Below, piece after piece: positions 27,501 through 40,600 of a DNA stretch of 64,000 nt (its first letter is position 1; each line of letters starts with the position of its first letter). The translations under genes and the position numbers were made by a program. The notes beneath the pieces were generated by a model that ran no database searches, had not been told where the DNA came from, and saw only the letters and a program-made list of their open reading frames with translations. The DNA lies in assembly GCA_964016885.1 (NCBI GenBank), contig OZ024748.1:37200001-37264000 (forward strand). Direction: 5' to 3'. This stretch comes from Eledone cirrhosa. Lineage: Eukaryota.

Positions 27501-30500
27501 TTAACTACCTCTAGATCTAGTATGACAATGTCAGTGTCAGTGTTAACTACCTCTAGATCTAGTATGACAATGTCAGTGTCAGTGTTAACTACCACTAGAT
27601 CTAGTATGACAATGTCAGTGTCAGTGTTAACTACCTCAAGATCTAGTGTGACAATGTTAGTGTCAGTGTTAACTACCTCTAGATCTAGTATGACAATGTC
27701 AGTGTCAGTGTTAACTACCACTAGATCTAGTATGTCAATGTCAGAGTTAACTACCTCTAGATCTAGTATGACAATGTCAGTGTCAGTGTTAACTACCTCT
27801 AGATCTAGTATGACAATGTCAGTGTCAGTGTTAACTACCTCTAGATCTAGTATGACAATGTCAGTGTCAGTGTTAACTACCTCTAGATCTAGTGTGACAA
27901 TGTCAGTGTCAGTGTTAACTACCTCTAGATCTAGTATGACAATGTTAGTGTCAGTGTTAACTATCTCTAGATCTAGTGTGACAATGTTAGTGTCAGTGTT
28001 AACTACCTCTAGATATAGTATGACAATGTCAGTGTCAGTGTTAACTACCTCTAGATCTAGTATGACAATGTCAGTGTCAGTGTTAACTACCACAATATCT
28101 AGTGTGACAATGTTAGTGTCAGTGTTAACTACCTCTAGATATAGTATGACAATGTCAGTGTCAGTGTTTACTACCTCTAGATCTAGTATGACAATGTTAG
28201 TGTCAGTGTTAACTACCTCTAGATCTAGTGTGACAATGTTAGTGTCAGTGTTAACTACCTCTAGATATAGTATGACAATGTCAGTGTCAGTGTTAACTAC
28301 CTCTAGATCTAGTATGACAATGTCAGTGTCAGTGTTAACTACCACAATATCTAGTGTGACAATGTTAGTGTCAGTGTTAACTACCTCTAGATATAGTATG
28401 ACAATGTCAGTGTCAGTGTTTACTACCTCTAGATCTAGTATGACAATGTTAGTGTCAGTGTTAACTACCTCTAGATCTAGTATGATAATGTTAGTGTCAG
28501 TGTTAACTACCACTAGATCTAGTATGACAATGTCAGTGGCAGGGTTAACTACCTCAAGATCTAGTGTGACAATGTCAGTGTCAGTGTTAACTACCTCTAG
28601 ATCTAGTATGACAATGTCAGTGTCAGTGTTAACTACCTCTAGATCTAGTATGACAATGTTAGTGTCAGTGTTAACTACCTCTAGATCTAGTATGACAATG
28701 TTAGTGTCAGTGTTAACTACCTCTAGATCTAGTGTGACAATGTTAGTGTCAGTGTTAACTACCTCAAGATCTAGTGTGACAATGTTAGTGTCATTGTTAA
28801 CTACCTCTAGTTATAGTATGACAATGTTAGTGTCAGTGTTAACTACCTGTAGATCTAGTATGACAATATCAGTGTCAGTGTTAACTATCTCTAGATCTAG
28901 TATGACAATGTTAGTGTCAGTGTTATCTACCTCTAGATCTAGTATGACAATGTCAGTGTCAGTGTTAACTACCTCTAGATCTAGTATGACAATGTTAGTG
29001 TCAGTGTTAACTATCTCTAGATCTAGTGTGACAATGTTAGTGTCAGTGTTAACTACCACAATATCTAGTGTGACAATGTTAGTGTCAGTGTTAACTACCT
29101 CTAGATATAGTATGACAATGTCAGTGTCAGTGTTTACTACCTCTAGATCTAGTATGACAATGTTAGTGTCAGTGTTAACTACCTCTAGATCTAGTGTGAC
29201 AATGTTAGTGTCAGTGTTAACTACCTCTAGATCTAGTATGACAATGTCAGTGTCAGTGTTAACTACCTCTAGATCTAGTATGACAATGTCAGTGTCATGG
29301 TTAACTACCTCTAGATCTAGTGTGACAATGTTAGTGTCAGTGTTAACTACCACTAGATCTAGTATGACAATGTCAGTGTCAGTGTTAACTACCTCTAGAT
29401 CTAGTATGACAATGTTAGTGTCAGTGTTAACTACCACTAGATCTAGTATGACAATGTCAGTGTCAGGGTTAACTACCTCAAGATCTAGTGTGACAATGTT
29501 AGTGTCAGTGTTAACTACCTCTAGATCTAGTATGACAATGTTAGTGTCAGTGTTAACTACCACTAGATCTAGTATGACAATGTCAGTGGCAGGGTTAACT
29601 ACCTCACGATCTAGTGTGACAATGTCAGTGTCAGTGTTAACTACCTCTAGATCTAGTATGACAATGTCAGTGTCAGTGTTAACTACCTCTAGATCTAGTA
29701 TGACAATGTTAGTGTCAGTGTTAACTACCTCTAGATCTAGTATGACAATGTTAGTGTCAGTGTTAACTACCTCTAGATCTAGTGTGACAATGTTAGTGTC
29801 AGTGTTAACTACCTCAAGATCTATTGTGACAATGTTAGTGTCATTGTTAACTACCTCTAGTTATAGTATGACAATGTTAGTGTCAGTGTTAACTACCTGT
29901 AGATCTAGTATGACAATATCAGTGTCAGTGTTAACTACCTCTTTGATCTAGTATGACAATGTTAGTGTCAGTGTTATCTACCTCTAGATCTAGTATGACA
30001 ATGTCAGTGTCAGTGTTAACTACCTCTAGATCTAGTGAGACGATGTTAGTGTCAGTGTTAACTACCTCTAGATCTAGTATGACAATGTCAGTGTCAGTGT
30101 TAAACTACCTCTAGATCTAGTATGACAATGTCAGTGTCAGTGTTAACTACCACAAGATCTAGTATGACAATGTCAGTGTCAGTGTTAACTACCTCTAAAT
30201 CCGGTATGACAATGTCCGTGTCAGTGTTAACTACCACTAGATCTAGTATGACAATGTCAGTGTCAGTGTTAACTACCTCAAGATCTAGTGTGACAATGTT
30301 AGTGTCAGTGTTAACTACCTCTAGATCTAGTATGACAATGTCAGTGTCAGTGTTAACTACCACTAGATCTAGTATGACAATGTCAGAGTTAACTACCTCT
30401 AGATCTAGTATGACAATGTCAGTGTCAGTGTTAACTACCTCTAGATCTAGTATGACAATGTCAGTGTCAGTGTTAACTACCTCTAGATCTAGTATGACAA

Positions 30501-33500
30501 TGTCAGTGTCAGTGTTAACTACCTCTAGATCTAGTGTGACAATGTCAGTGTCAGTGTTAACTACCTCTAGATCTAGTATGACAATGTTAGTGTCAGTGTT
30601 AACTATCTCTAGATCTAGTGTGACAATGTTAGTGTCAGTGTTAACTACCTCTAGATATAGTATGACAATGTCAGTGTCAGTGTTAACTACATCTAGATCT
30701 AGTATGACAATGTCAGTGTCAGTGTTAACTACCACAAGATCTAGTGTGACAATGTTAGTGTCAGTGTTAACTACCTCTAGATATAGTATGACAATGTCAG
30801 TGTCAGTGTTTACTACCTCTAGATCCAGTATGACAATGTTAGTGTCAGTGTTAACTACCTCTAGATCTAGTGTGACAATGTTAGTGTCAGTGTTAACTAC
30901 CTCTAGATATAGTATGACAATGTTAGTGTCAGTGCTAACTACCTCTAGATATAGTATGACAATGTCAGTGTCAGTGTTTACTACCTCTAGATCTAGTATG
31001 ACAATGTTAGTGTCAGTGTTAACTACCTCTAGATCTAGTATGACAATGTTAGTGTCAGTGTTAACTATCTCTAGATCTAGTGTGACAATGTTAGTGTCAG
31101 TGTTAACTACCTCTAGATATAGTATGACAATGTCAGTGTCAGTGTTAACTACCTCTAGATCTAGTATGACAATGTCAGTGTCAGTGTTAACTACCTCTAG
31201 ATCTAGTATGACAATGTCAGTGTCAGTGTTAACTACCTCTAGATCTAGTATGACAATGTCAGTGTCAGTGTTAACTACCACAAGATCTAGTATGACAATG
31301 TCAGTGTCAGTGTTAACTACCTCTAAATCTGGTATGACAATGTACGTGTCAGTGTTAACTACCACTAGATCTAGTATGACAATGTCAGTGTCAGTGTTAA
31401 CTACCTCTAGATCTAGTATGACAATGTCAGTGTCAGTGTTAACTACCACTAGATCTCGTATGTCAATGTCAGAGTTAACTACCTCTAGATCTAGTATGAC
31501 AATGTCAGTGTCAGTGTTAACTACCTCTAGATCTAGTATGACAATGTCAGTGTCAGTGTTAACTACCTCTAGATCTAGTATGACAATGTCAGTGTCAGTG
31601 TTAACTACCTCTAGATCTAGTGTGACAATGTCAGTGTCAGTGTTAACTACCTCTAGATCTAGTATGACAATGTCAGTGTCAGTGTTAACTACCACTAGAT
31701 CTAGTATGTCAATGTCAGAGTTAACTACCTCTAGATCTAGTATGACAATGTCAGTGTCAGTGTTAACTACCTCTAGATCTAGTATGACAATGTCAGTGTC
31801 AGTGTTAACTACCACTAGATCTAGTATGACAATGTCAGTGTCAGTGTTAACTACCTCAAGATCTAGTGTGACAATGTTAGTGTCAGTGTTAACTACCTCT
31901 AGATCTAGTATGACAATGTCAGTGTCAGTGTTAACTACCACTAGATCTAGTATGTCAATGTCAGAGTTAACTACCTCTAGATCTAGTATGACAATGTCAG
32001 TGTCAGTGTTAACTACCTCTAGATCTAGTATGACAATGTCAGTGTCAGTGTTAACTACCTCTAGATCTAGTATGACAATGTCAGTGTCAGTGTTAACTAC
32101 CTCTAGATCTAGTGTGACAATGTCAGTGTCAGTGTTAACTACCTCTAGATCTAGTATGACAATGTTAGTGTCAGTGTTAACTATCTCTAGATCTAGTGTG
32201 ACAATGTTAGTGTCAGTGTTAACTACCTCTAGATATAGTATGACAATGTCAGTGTCAGTGTTAACTACCTCTAGATCTAGTATGACAATGTCAGTGTCAG
32301 TGTTAACTACCACAATATCTAGTGTGACAATGTTAGTGTCAGTGTTAACTACCTCTAGATATAGTATGACAATGTCAGTGTCAGTGTTTACTACCTCTAG
32401 ATCTAGTATGACAATGTTAGTGTCAGTGTTAACTACCTCTAGATCTAGTGTGACAATGTTTGTGTCAGTGTTAACTACCACTAGATCTAGTATGACAATG
32501 TCAGTGTCAGGGTTAACTACCTCAAGATCTAGTGTGACAGTGTTAGTGTCAGTGTTAACTACCTCTAGATCTAGTATGACAATGTTAGTGTCAGTGTTAA
32601 CTACCACTAGATCTAGTATGACAATGTCAGTGGCAGGGTTAACTACCTCAAGATCTAGTGTGACAATGTCAGTGTCAGTGTTAACTACCTCTAGATCTAG
32701 TATGACAATGTCAGTGTCAGTGTTAACTACCTCTAGATCTAGTATGACAATGTTAGTGTCAGTGTTAACTACCTCTAGATCTAGTATGACAATGTTAGTG
32801 TCAGTGTTAACTACCTCTAGATCTAGTGTGACAATGTTAGTGTCAGTGTTAACTACCTCAAGATCTAGTGTGACAATGTTAGTGTCATTGTTAACTACCT
32901 CTAGTTATAGTATGACAATGTTAGTGTCAGTGTTAACTACCTGTAGATCTAGTATGACAATATCAGTGTCAGTGTTAACTATCTCTAGATCTAGTATGAC
33001 AATGTTAGTGTCAGTGTTATCTACCTCTAGATCTAGTATGACAATGTCAGTGTCAGTGTTAACTACCTCTAGATCTAGTATGACAATGTTAGTGTCAGTG
33101 TTAACTATCTCTAGATCTAGTGTGACAATGTTAGTGTCAGTGTTAACTACCACAATATCTAGTGTGACAATGTTAGTGTCAGTGTTAACTACCTCTAGAT
33201 ATAGTATGACAATGTCAGTGTCAGTGTTTACTACCTCTAGATCTAGTATGACAATGTTAGTGTCAGTGTTAACTACCTCTAGATCTAGTGTGACAATGTT
33301 AGTGTCAGTGTTAACTACCTCTAGATCTAGTATGACAATGTCAGTGTCAGTGTTAACTACCTCTAGATCTAGTATGACAATGTCAGTGTCATGGTTAACT
33401 ACCTCTAGATCTAGTGTGACAATGTTAGTGTCAGTGTTAACTACCACTAGATCTAGTATGACAATGTCAGTGTCAGTGTTAACTACCTCTAGATCTAGTA

Positions 33501-34635
33501 TGACAATGTTAGTGTCAGTGTTAACTACCACTAGATCTAGTATGACAATGTCAGTGTCAGGGTTAACTACCTCAAGATCTAGTGTGACAATGTTAGTGTC
33601 AGTGTTAACTACCTCTAGATCTAGTATGACAATGTTAGTGTCAGTGTTAACTACCACTAGATCTAGTATGACAATGTCAGTGGCAGGGTTAACTACCTCA
33701 CGATCTAGTGTGACAATGTCAGTGTCAGTGTTAACTACCTCTAGATCTAGTATGACAATGTCAGTGTCAGTGTTAACTACCTCTAGATCTAGTATGACAA
33801 TGTCAGTGTCATGGTTAACTACCTCTAGATCTAGTGTGACAATGTTAGTGTCAGTGTTAACTACCACTAGATCTAGTATGACAATGTCAGTGTCAGTGTT
33901 AACTACCTCTAGATCTAGTATGACAATGTTAGTGTCAGTGTTAACTACCACTAGATCTAGTATGACAATGTCAGTGTCAGGGTTAACTACCTCAAGATCT
34001 AGTGTGACAATGTTAGTGTCAGTGTTAACTACCTCTAGATCTAGTATGACAATGTTAGTGTCAGTGTTAACTACCACTAGATCTAGTATGACAATGTCAG
34101 TGGCAGGGTTAACTACCTCACGATCTAGTGTGACAATGTCAGTGTCAGTGTTAACTACCTCTAGATCTAGTATGACAATGTCAGTGTCAGTGTTAACTAC
34201 CTCTAGATCTAGTATGACAATGTTAGTGTCAGTGTTAACTACCTCTAGATCTAGTATGACAATGTTAGTGTCAGTGTTAACTACCTCTAGATCTAGTGTG
34301 ACAATGTTAGTGTCAGTGTTAACTACCTCAAGATCTATTGTGACAATGTTAGTGTCATTGTTAACTACCTCTAGTTATAGTATGACAATGTTAGTGTCAG
34401 TGTTAACTACCTGTAGATCTAGTATGACAATATCAGTGTCAGTGTTAACTACCTCTTTGATCTAGTATGACAATGTTAGTGTCAGTGTTATCTACCTCTA
34501 GATCTAGTATGACAATGTCAGTGTCAGTGTTAACTACCTCTAGATCTAGTGAGACGATGTTAGTGTCAGTGTTAACTACCTCTAGATCTAGTATGACAAT
34601 GTCAGTGTCAGTGTTAAACTACCCCTAGATCTAGT
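18530..34635. repeat. Four tandem HOR units of 3,770, 3,602, 4,220 and 4,514 bp
   Basis: Units start at 18530, 22300, 25902 and 30122. Each carries TCACGATCT, TCTATTGTG and the 43-bp TCTTTGATCT monomer (22121, 25723, 29943, 34457), followed by the +A monomer. Confidence 0.88.
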
Positions 34636-37600
34636 ATGACAATGTCAGTGTCAGTGTTAACTACCACAAGATCTAGTATGACAATGTCAGTGTCAGTGTT
34701 AACTACCTCTAAATCCGGTATGACAATGTCCGTGTCAGTGTTAACTACCACTAGATCTAGTATGACAATGTCAGTGTCAGTGTTAACTACCTCAAGATCT
34801 AGTGTGACAATGTTAGTGTCAGTGTTAACTACCTCTAGATCTAGTATGACAATGTCAGTGTCAGTGTTAACTACCACTAGATCTAGTATGACAATGTCAG
34901 AGTTAACTACCTCTAGATCTAGTATGACAATGTCAGTGTCAGTGTTAACTACCTCTAGATCTAGTATGACAATGTCAGTGTCAGTGTTAACTACCTCTAG
35001 ATCTAGTATGACAATGTCAGTGTCAGTGTTAACTACCTCTAGATCTAGTGTGACAATGTCAGTGTCAGTGTTAACTACCTCTAGATCTAGTATGACAATG
35101 TTAGTGTCAGTGTTAACTATCTCTAGATCTAGTGTGACAATGTTAGTGTCAGTGTTAACTACCTCTAGATATAGTATGACAATGTCAGTGTCAGTGTTAA
35201 CTACATCTAGATCTAGTATGACAATGTCAGTGTCAGTGTTAACTACCACAAGATCTAGTGTGACAATGTTAGTGTCAGTGTTAACTACCTCTAGATATAG
35301 TATGACAATGTCAGTGTCAGTGTTTACTACCTCTAGATCCAGTATGACAATGTTAGTGTCAGTGTTAACTACCTCTAGATCTAGTGTGACAATGTTAGTG
35401 TCAGTGTTAACTACCTCTAGATATAGTATGACAATGTTAGTGTCAGTGCTAACTACCTCTAGATATAGTATGACAATGTCAGTGTCAGTGTTTACTACCT
35501 CTAGATCTAGTATGACAATGTTAGTGTCAGTGTTAACTACCTCTAGATCTAGTATGACAATGTTAGTGTCAGTGTTAACTATCTCTAGATCTAGTGTGAC
35601 AATGTTAGTGTCAGTGTTAACTACCTCTAGATATAGTATGACAATGTCAGTGTCAGTGTTAACTACCTCTAGATCTAGTATGACAATGTCAGTGTCAGTG
35701 TTAACTACCTCTAGATCTAGTATGACAATGTCAGTGTCAGTGTTAACTACCTCTAGATCTAGTATGACAATGTCAGTGTCAGTGTTAACTACCACAAGAT
35801 CTAGTATGACAATGTCAGTGTCAGTGTTAACTACCTCTAAATCTGGTATGACAATGTACGTGTCAGTGTTAACTACCACTAGATCTAGTATGACAATGTC
35901 AGTGTCAGTGTTAACTACCTCTAGATCTAGTATGACAATGTCAGTGTCAGTGTTAACTACCACTAGATCTCGTATGTCAATGTCAGAGTTAACTACCTCT
36001 AGATCTAGTATGACAATGTCAGTGTCAGTGTTAACTACCTCTAGATCTAGTATGACAATGTCAGTGTCAGTGTTAACTACCTCTAGATCTAGTATGACAA
36101 TGTCAGTGTCAGTGTTAACTACCTCTAGATCTAGTGTGACAATGTCAGTGTCAGTGTTAACTACCTCTAGATCTAGTATGACAATGTCAGTGTCAGTGTT
36201 AACTACCTCTAGATCTAGTATGACAATGTCAGTGTCAGTGTTAACTACCTCTAGATCTAGTATGACAATGTCAGTGTCAGTGTTAACTACCTCTAGATCT
36301 AGTGTGACAATGTCAGTGTCAGTGTTAACTACCTCTAGATCTAGTGTGACAATGTTAGTGTCAGGGTTAACTACCTCTAGATCTAGTATGACAATGTTAG
36401 TGTCAGTGTTAACTATCTCTAGATCTAGTGTGACAATGTTAGTGTCAGTGTTAACTACCTCTAGATATAGTATGACAATTTCAGTGTCAGTGTTCACTAC
36501 CTCTAGATCTAGTATGACAATGTCAGTGTCAGTGTTAACTACCACAATATCTAGTGTGACAATGTTAGTGTCAGTGTTAACTACCTCTAGATATAGTATG
36601 ACAATGTCAGTGTCAGTGTTTACTACCTCTAGATCTAGTATGACAATGTTAGTGTCAGTGTTAACTACCTCTAGATCTAGTGTGACAATGTTTGTGTCAG
36701 TGTTAACTACCTCTAGATATAGTATGACAATGTTAGTGTCAGTGTTAACTACCTCTAGATCTAGTATGACAATGTTAGTGTCAGTGTTAACTACCTCTAG
36801 ATCTAGTATGACAATGTTAGTGTCAGTGTTAACTACCTCTAGATCTAGTGTGACAATGTTAGTGTCAGTGTTAACTACCTCTAGATAGAGTATGACAATG
36901 TCAGTGTCAGTGTTAACTACCTCTAGATCTAGTATGACAATGTCAGTGTCATGGTTAACTACCTCTAGATCTAGTGTGACAATGTTAGTGTCAGTGTTAA
37001 CTACCACTAGATCTAGTATGACAATGTCAGTGTCAGTGTTAACTACCTCTAGATCTAGTATGACGATGTTAGTGTCAGTGTTAACTACCACTAGATCTAG
37101 TATGACAATGTCAGTGTCAGAGTTAACTACCTCAAGATCTAGTGTGACAGTGTTAGTGTCAGTGTTAACTACCTCTAGATCTAGTATGACAATGTTAGTG
37201 TCAGTGTTAACTACCACTAGATCTAGTATGACAATGTCAGTGGCAGGGTTAACTACCTCAAGATCTAGTGTGACAATGTCAGTGTCAGTGTTAACTACCT
37301 CTAGATCTAGTATGACAATGTCAGTGTCAGTGTTAACTACCTCTAGATCTAGTATGACAATGTTAGTGTCAGTGTTAACTACCTCTAGATCTTGTATGAC
37401 AATGTTAGTGTCAGTGTTAACTACCTCTAGATCTAGTGTGACAATGTTAGTGTCAGTGTTAACTACCTCAAGATCTAGTGTGACAATGTTAGTGTCATTG
37501 TTAACTACCTCTAGTTATAGTATGACAATGTTAGTGTCAGTGTTAACTACCTGTAGATCTAGTATGACAATATCAGTGTCAGTGTTAACTACCTCTGGAT

Positions 37601-40600
37601 CTAGTATGACAATGTTAGTGTCAGTGTTATCTACCTCTAGATCTAGTATGACAATGTCAGTGTCAATGTTAACTACCTCTAGATCTAGTATGACAATGTT
37701 AGTGTCAGTGTTAACTATCTCTAGATCTAGTGTGACAATGTTAGTGTCAGTGTTAACTACCTCAAGATCTAGTGTGACAATGTTAGTGTCATTGTTAACT
37801 ACCTCTAGTTATAGTATGACAATGTTAGTGTCAGTGTCAACTACCTCTAGATCTAGTATGACAATGTCAGTGTCAGTGTTAACTACCTCTAGATCTAGTA
37901 TGACAATGTCAGTGTCAGTGTTAACTACCTCTAGATCTAGTATGACAATGTCAGTGTCAGTGTTAACTACCTCTAGATCTAGTGTGACAATGTCAGTGTC
38001 AGTGTTAACTACCTCTAGATCTAGTATGACAATGTTAGTGTCAGTGTTAACTATCTCTAGATCTAGTGTGACAATGTTAGTGTCAGTGTTAACTACCTCT
38101 AGATATAGTATGACAATGTCAGTGTCAGTGTTAACTACCTCTAGATCTAGTATGACAATGTCAGTGTCAGTGTTAACTACCACAAGATCTAGTGTGACAA
38201 TGTTAGTGTCAGTGTTAACTACCTCTAGATATAGTATGACAATGTCAGTGTCAGTGTTTACTACCTCTAGATCCAGTATGACAATGTTAGTGTCAGTGTT
38301 AACTACCTCTAGATCTAGTGTGACAATGTTAGTGTCAGTGTTAACTACCTCTAGATATAGTATGACAATGTTAGTGTCAGTGTTAACTACCTCTAGATCT
38401 AGTATGACAATGTTAGTGTCAGTGTTATCTACCTCTAGATCTAGTGTGACAATGTCAGTGTCAGTGTTAACTACCTCTAGATCTAGTATGACAATGTTAG
38501 TGTCAGTGTTAACTATCTCTAGATCTAGTGTGACAATGTTAGTGTCAGTGTTAACTACCTCTAGATATAGTATGACAATGTCAGTGTCAGTGTTAACTAC
38601 CTCTAGATCTAGTATGACACTGTCAGTGTCAGTGTTAACTACCTCTAGATCTAGTATGACAATGTCAGTGTCAGTGTTAACTACCTCTAGATCTAGTATG
38701 ACAATGTCAGTGTCAGTGTTAACTACCACAAGATCTAGTATGACAATGTCAGTGTCAGTGTTAACTACCTCTAAATCTGGTATGACAATGTCCGTGTCAG
38801 TGTTAACTACCACTAGATCTAGTATGACAATGTCAGTGTCAGTGTTAACTACCTCAAGATCTAGTGTGACAATGTTAGTGTCAGTGTTAACTACCTCTAG
38901 ATCTAGTACGACAATGTCAGTGTCAGTGTTAACTACCACTAGATCTAGTATGTCAATGTCAGAGTTAACTACCTCTAGATCTAGTATGACAATGTCAGTG
39001 TCAGTGTTAACTACCTCTAGATCTAGTATGACAATGTCAGTGTCAGTGTTAACTACCTCTAGATCTAGTATGACAATGTCAGTGTCAGTGTTAACTACCT
39101 CTAGATCTAGTGTGACAATGTCAGTGTCAGTGTTAACTACCTCTAGATCTAGTATGACAATGTTAGTGTCAGTGTTAACTATCTCTAGATCTAGTGTGAC
39201 AATGTTAGTGTCAGTGTTAACTACCTCTAGATATAGTATGACAATGTCAGTGTCAGTGTTAACTACCTCTAGATCTAGTATGACAATGTCAGTGTCAGTG
39301 TTAACTACCACAATATCTAGTGTGACAATGTTAGTGTCAGTGTTAACTACCTCTAGATATAGTATGACAATGTCAGTGTCAGTGTTTACTACCTCTAGAT
39401 CTAGTATGACAATGTTAGTGTCAGTGTTAACTACCTCTAGATCTAGTGTGACAATGTTTGTGTCAGTGTTAACTACCTCTAGATATAGTATGACAATGTT
39501 AGTGTCAGTGTTAACTACCTCTAGATCTAGTATGACAATGTTAGTGTCAGTGTTAACTACCTCTAGATCTAGTATGACAATGTTAGTGTCAGTGTTAACT
39601 ACCTCTAGATCTAGTGTGACAATGTTAGTGTCAGTGTTAACTACCTCTAGATAGAGTATGACAATGTCAGTGTCAGTGTTAACTACCTCTAGATCTAGTA
39701 TGACAATGTCAGTGTCATGGTTAACTACCTCTAGATCTAGTGTGACAATGTTAGTGTCAGTGTTAACTACCACTAGATCTAGTATGACAATGTCAGTGTC
39801 AGTGTTAACTACCTCTAGATCTAGTATGACAATGTTAGTGTCAGTGTTAACTACCACTAGATCTAGTATGACAATGTCAGTGTCAGGGTTAACTACCTCA
39901 AGATCTAGTGTGACAATGTTAGTGTCAGTGTTAACTACCTCTAGATCTAGTATGACAATGTTAGTGTCAGTGTTAACTACCACTAGATCTAGTATGACAA
40001 TGTCAGTGGCAGGGTTAACTACCTCAAGATCTAGTGTGACAATGTCAGTGTCAGTGTTAACTACCTCTAGATCTAGTATGACAATGTCAGTGTCAGTGTT
40101 AACTACCTCTAGATCTAGTATGACAATGTTAGTGTCAGTGTTAACTACCTCTAGATCTAGTATGACAATGTTAGTGTCAGTGTTAACTACCTCAAGATCT
40201 AGTGTGACACTGTTAGTGTCATTGTTAACTACCTCTAGTTATAGTATGACAATGTTAGTGTCAGTGTTAACTACCTGTAGATCTAGTATGACAATATCAG
40301 TGTCAGTGTTAACTACCTCTAGATCTAGTATGACAATGTTAGTGTCAGTGTTATCTACCTCTAGATCTAGTATGACAATGTCAGTGTCAGTGTTAACTAC
40401 CTCTAGATCTAGTATGACAATGTTAGTGTCAGTGTTAACTATCTCTAGATCTAGTGTGACAATGTTAGTGTCAGTGTTAACTACCTCAAGATCTAGTGTG
40501 ACAATGTTAGTGTCATTGTTAACTACCTCTAGTTATAGTATGACAATGTTAGTGTCAGTGTCAACTACCTCTAGATCTAGTATGACAATGTCAGTGTCAG

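Noticed and set aside
36880-36891. TCTAGATAGAGT as a TCTA-to-TAGA micro-inversion or a programmed stop
   Set aside because: It is more simply one substitution from the common TCTAGATATAGT allele, and there is no evidence that the frame is translated.
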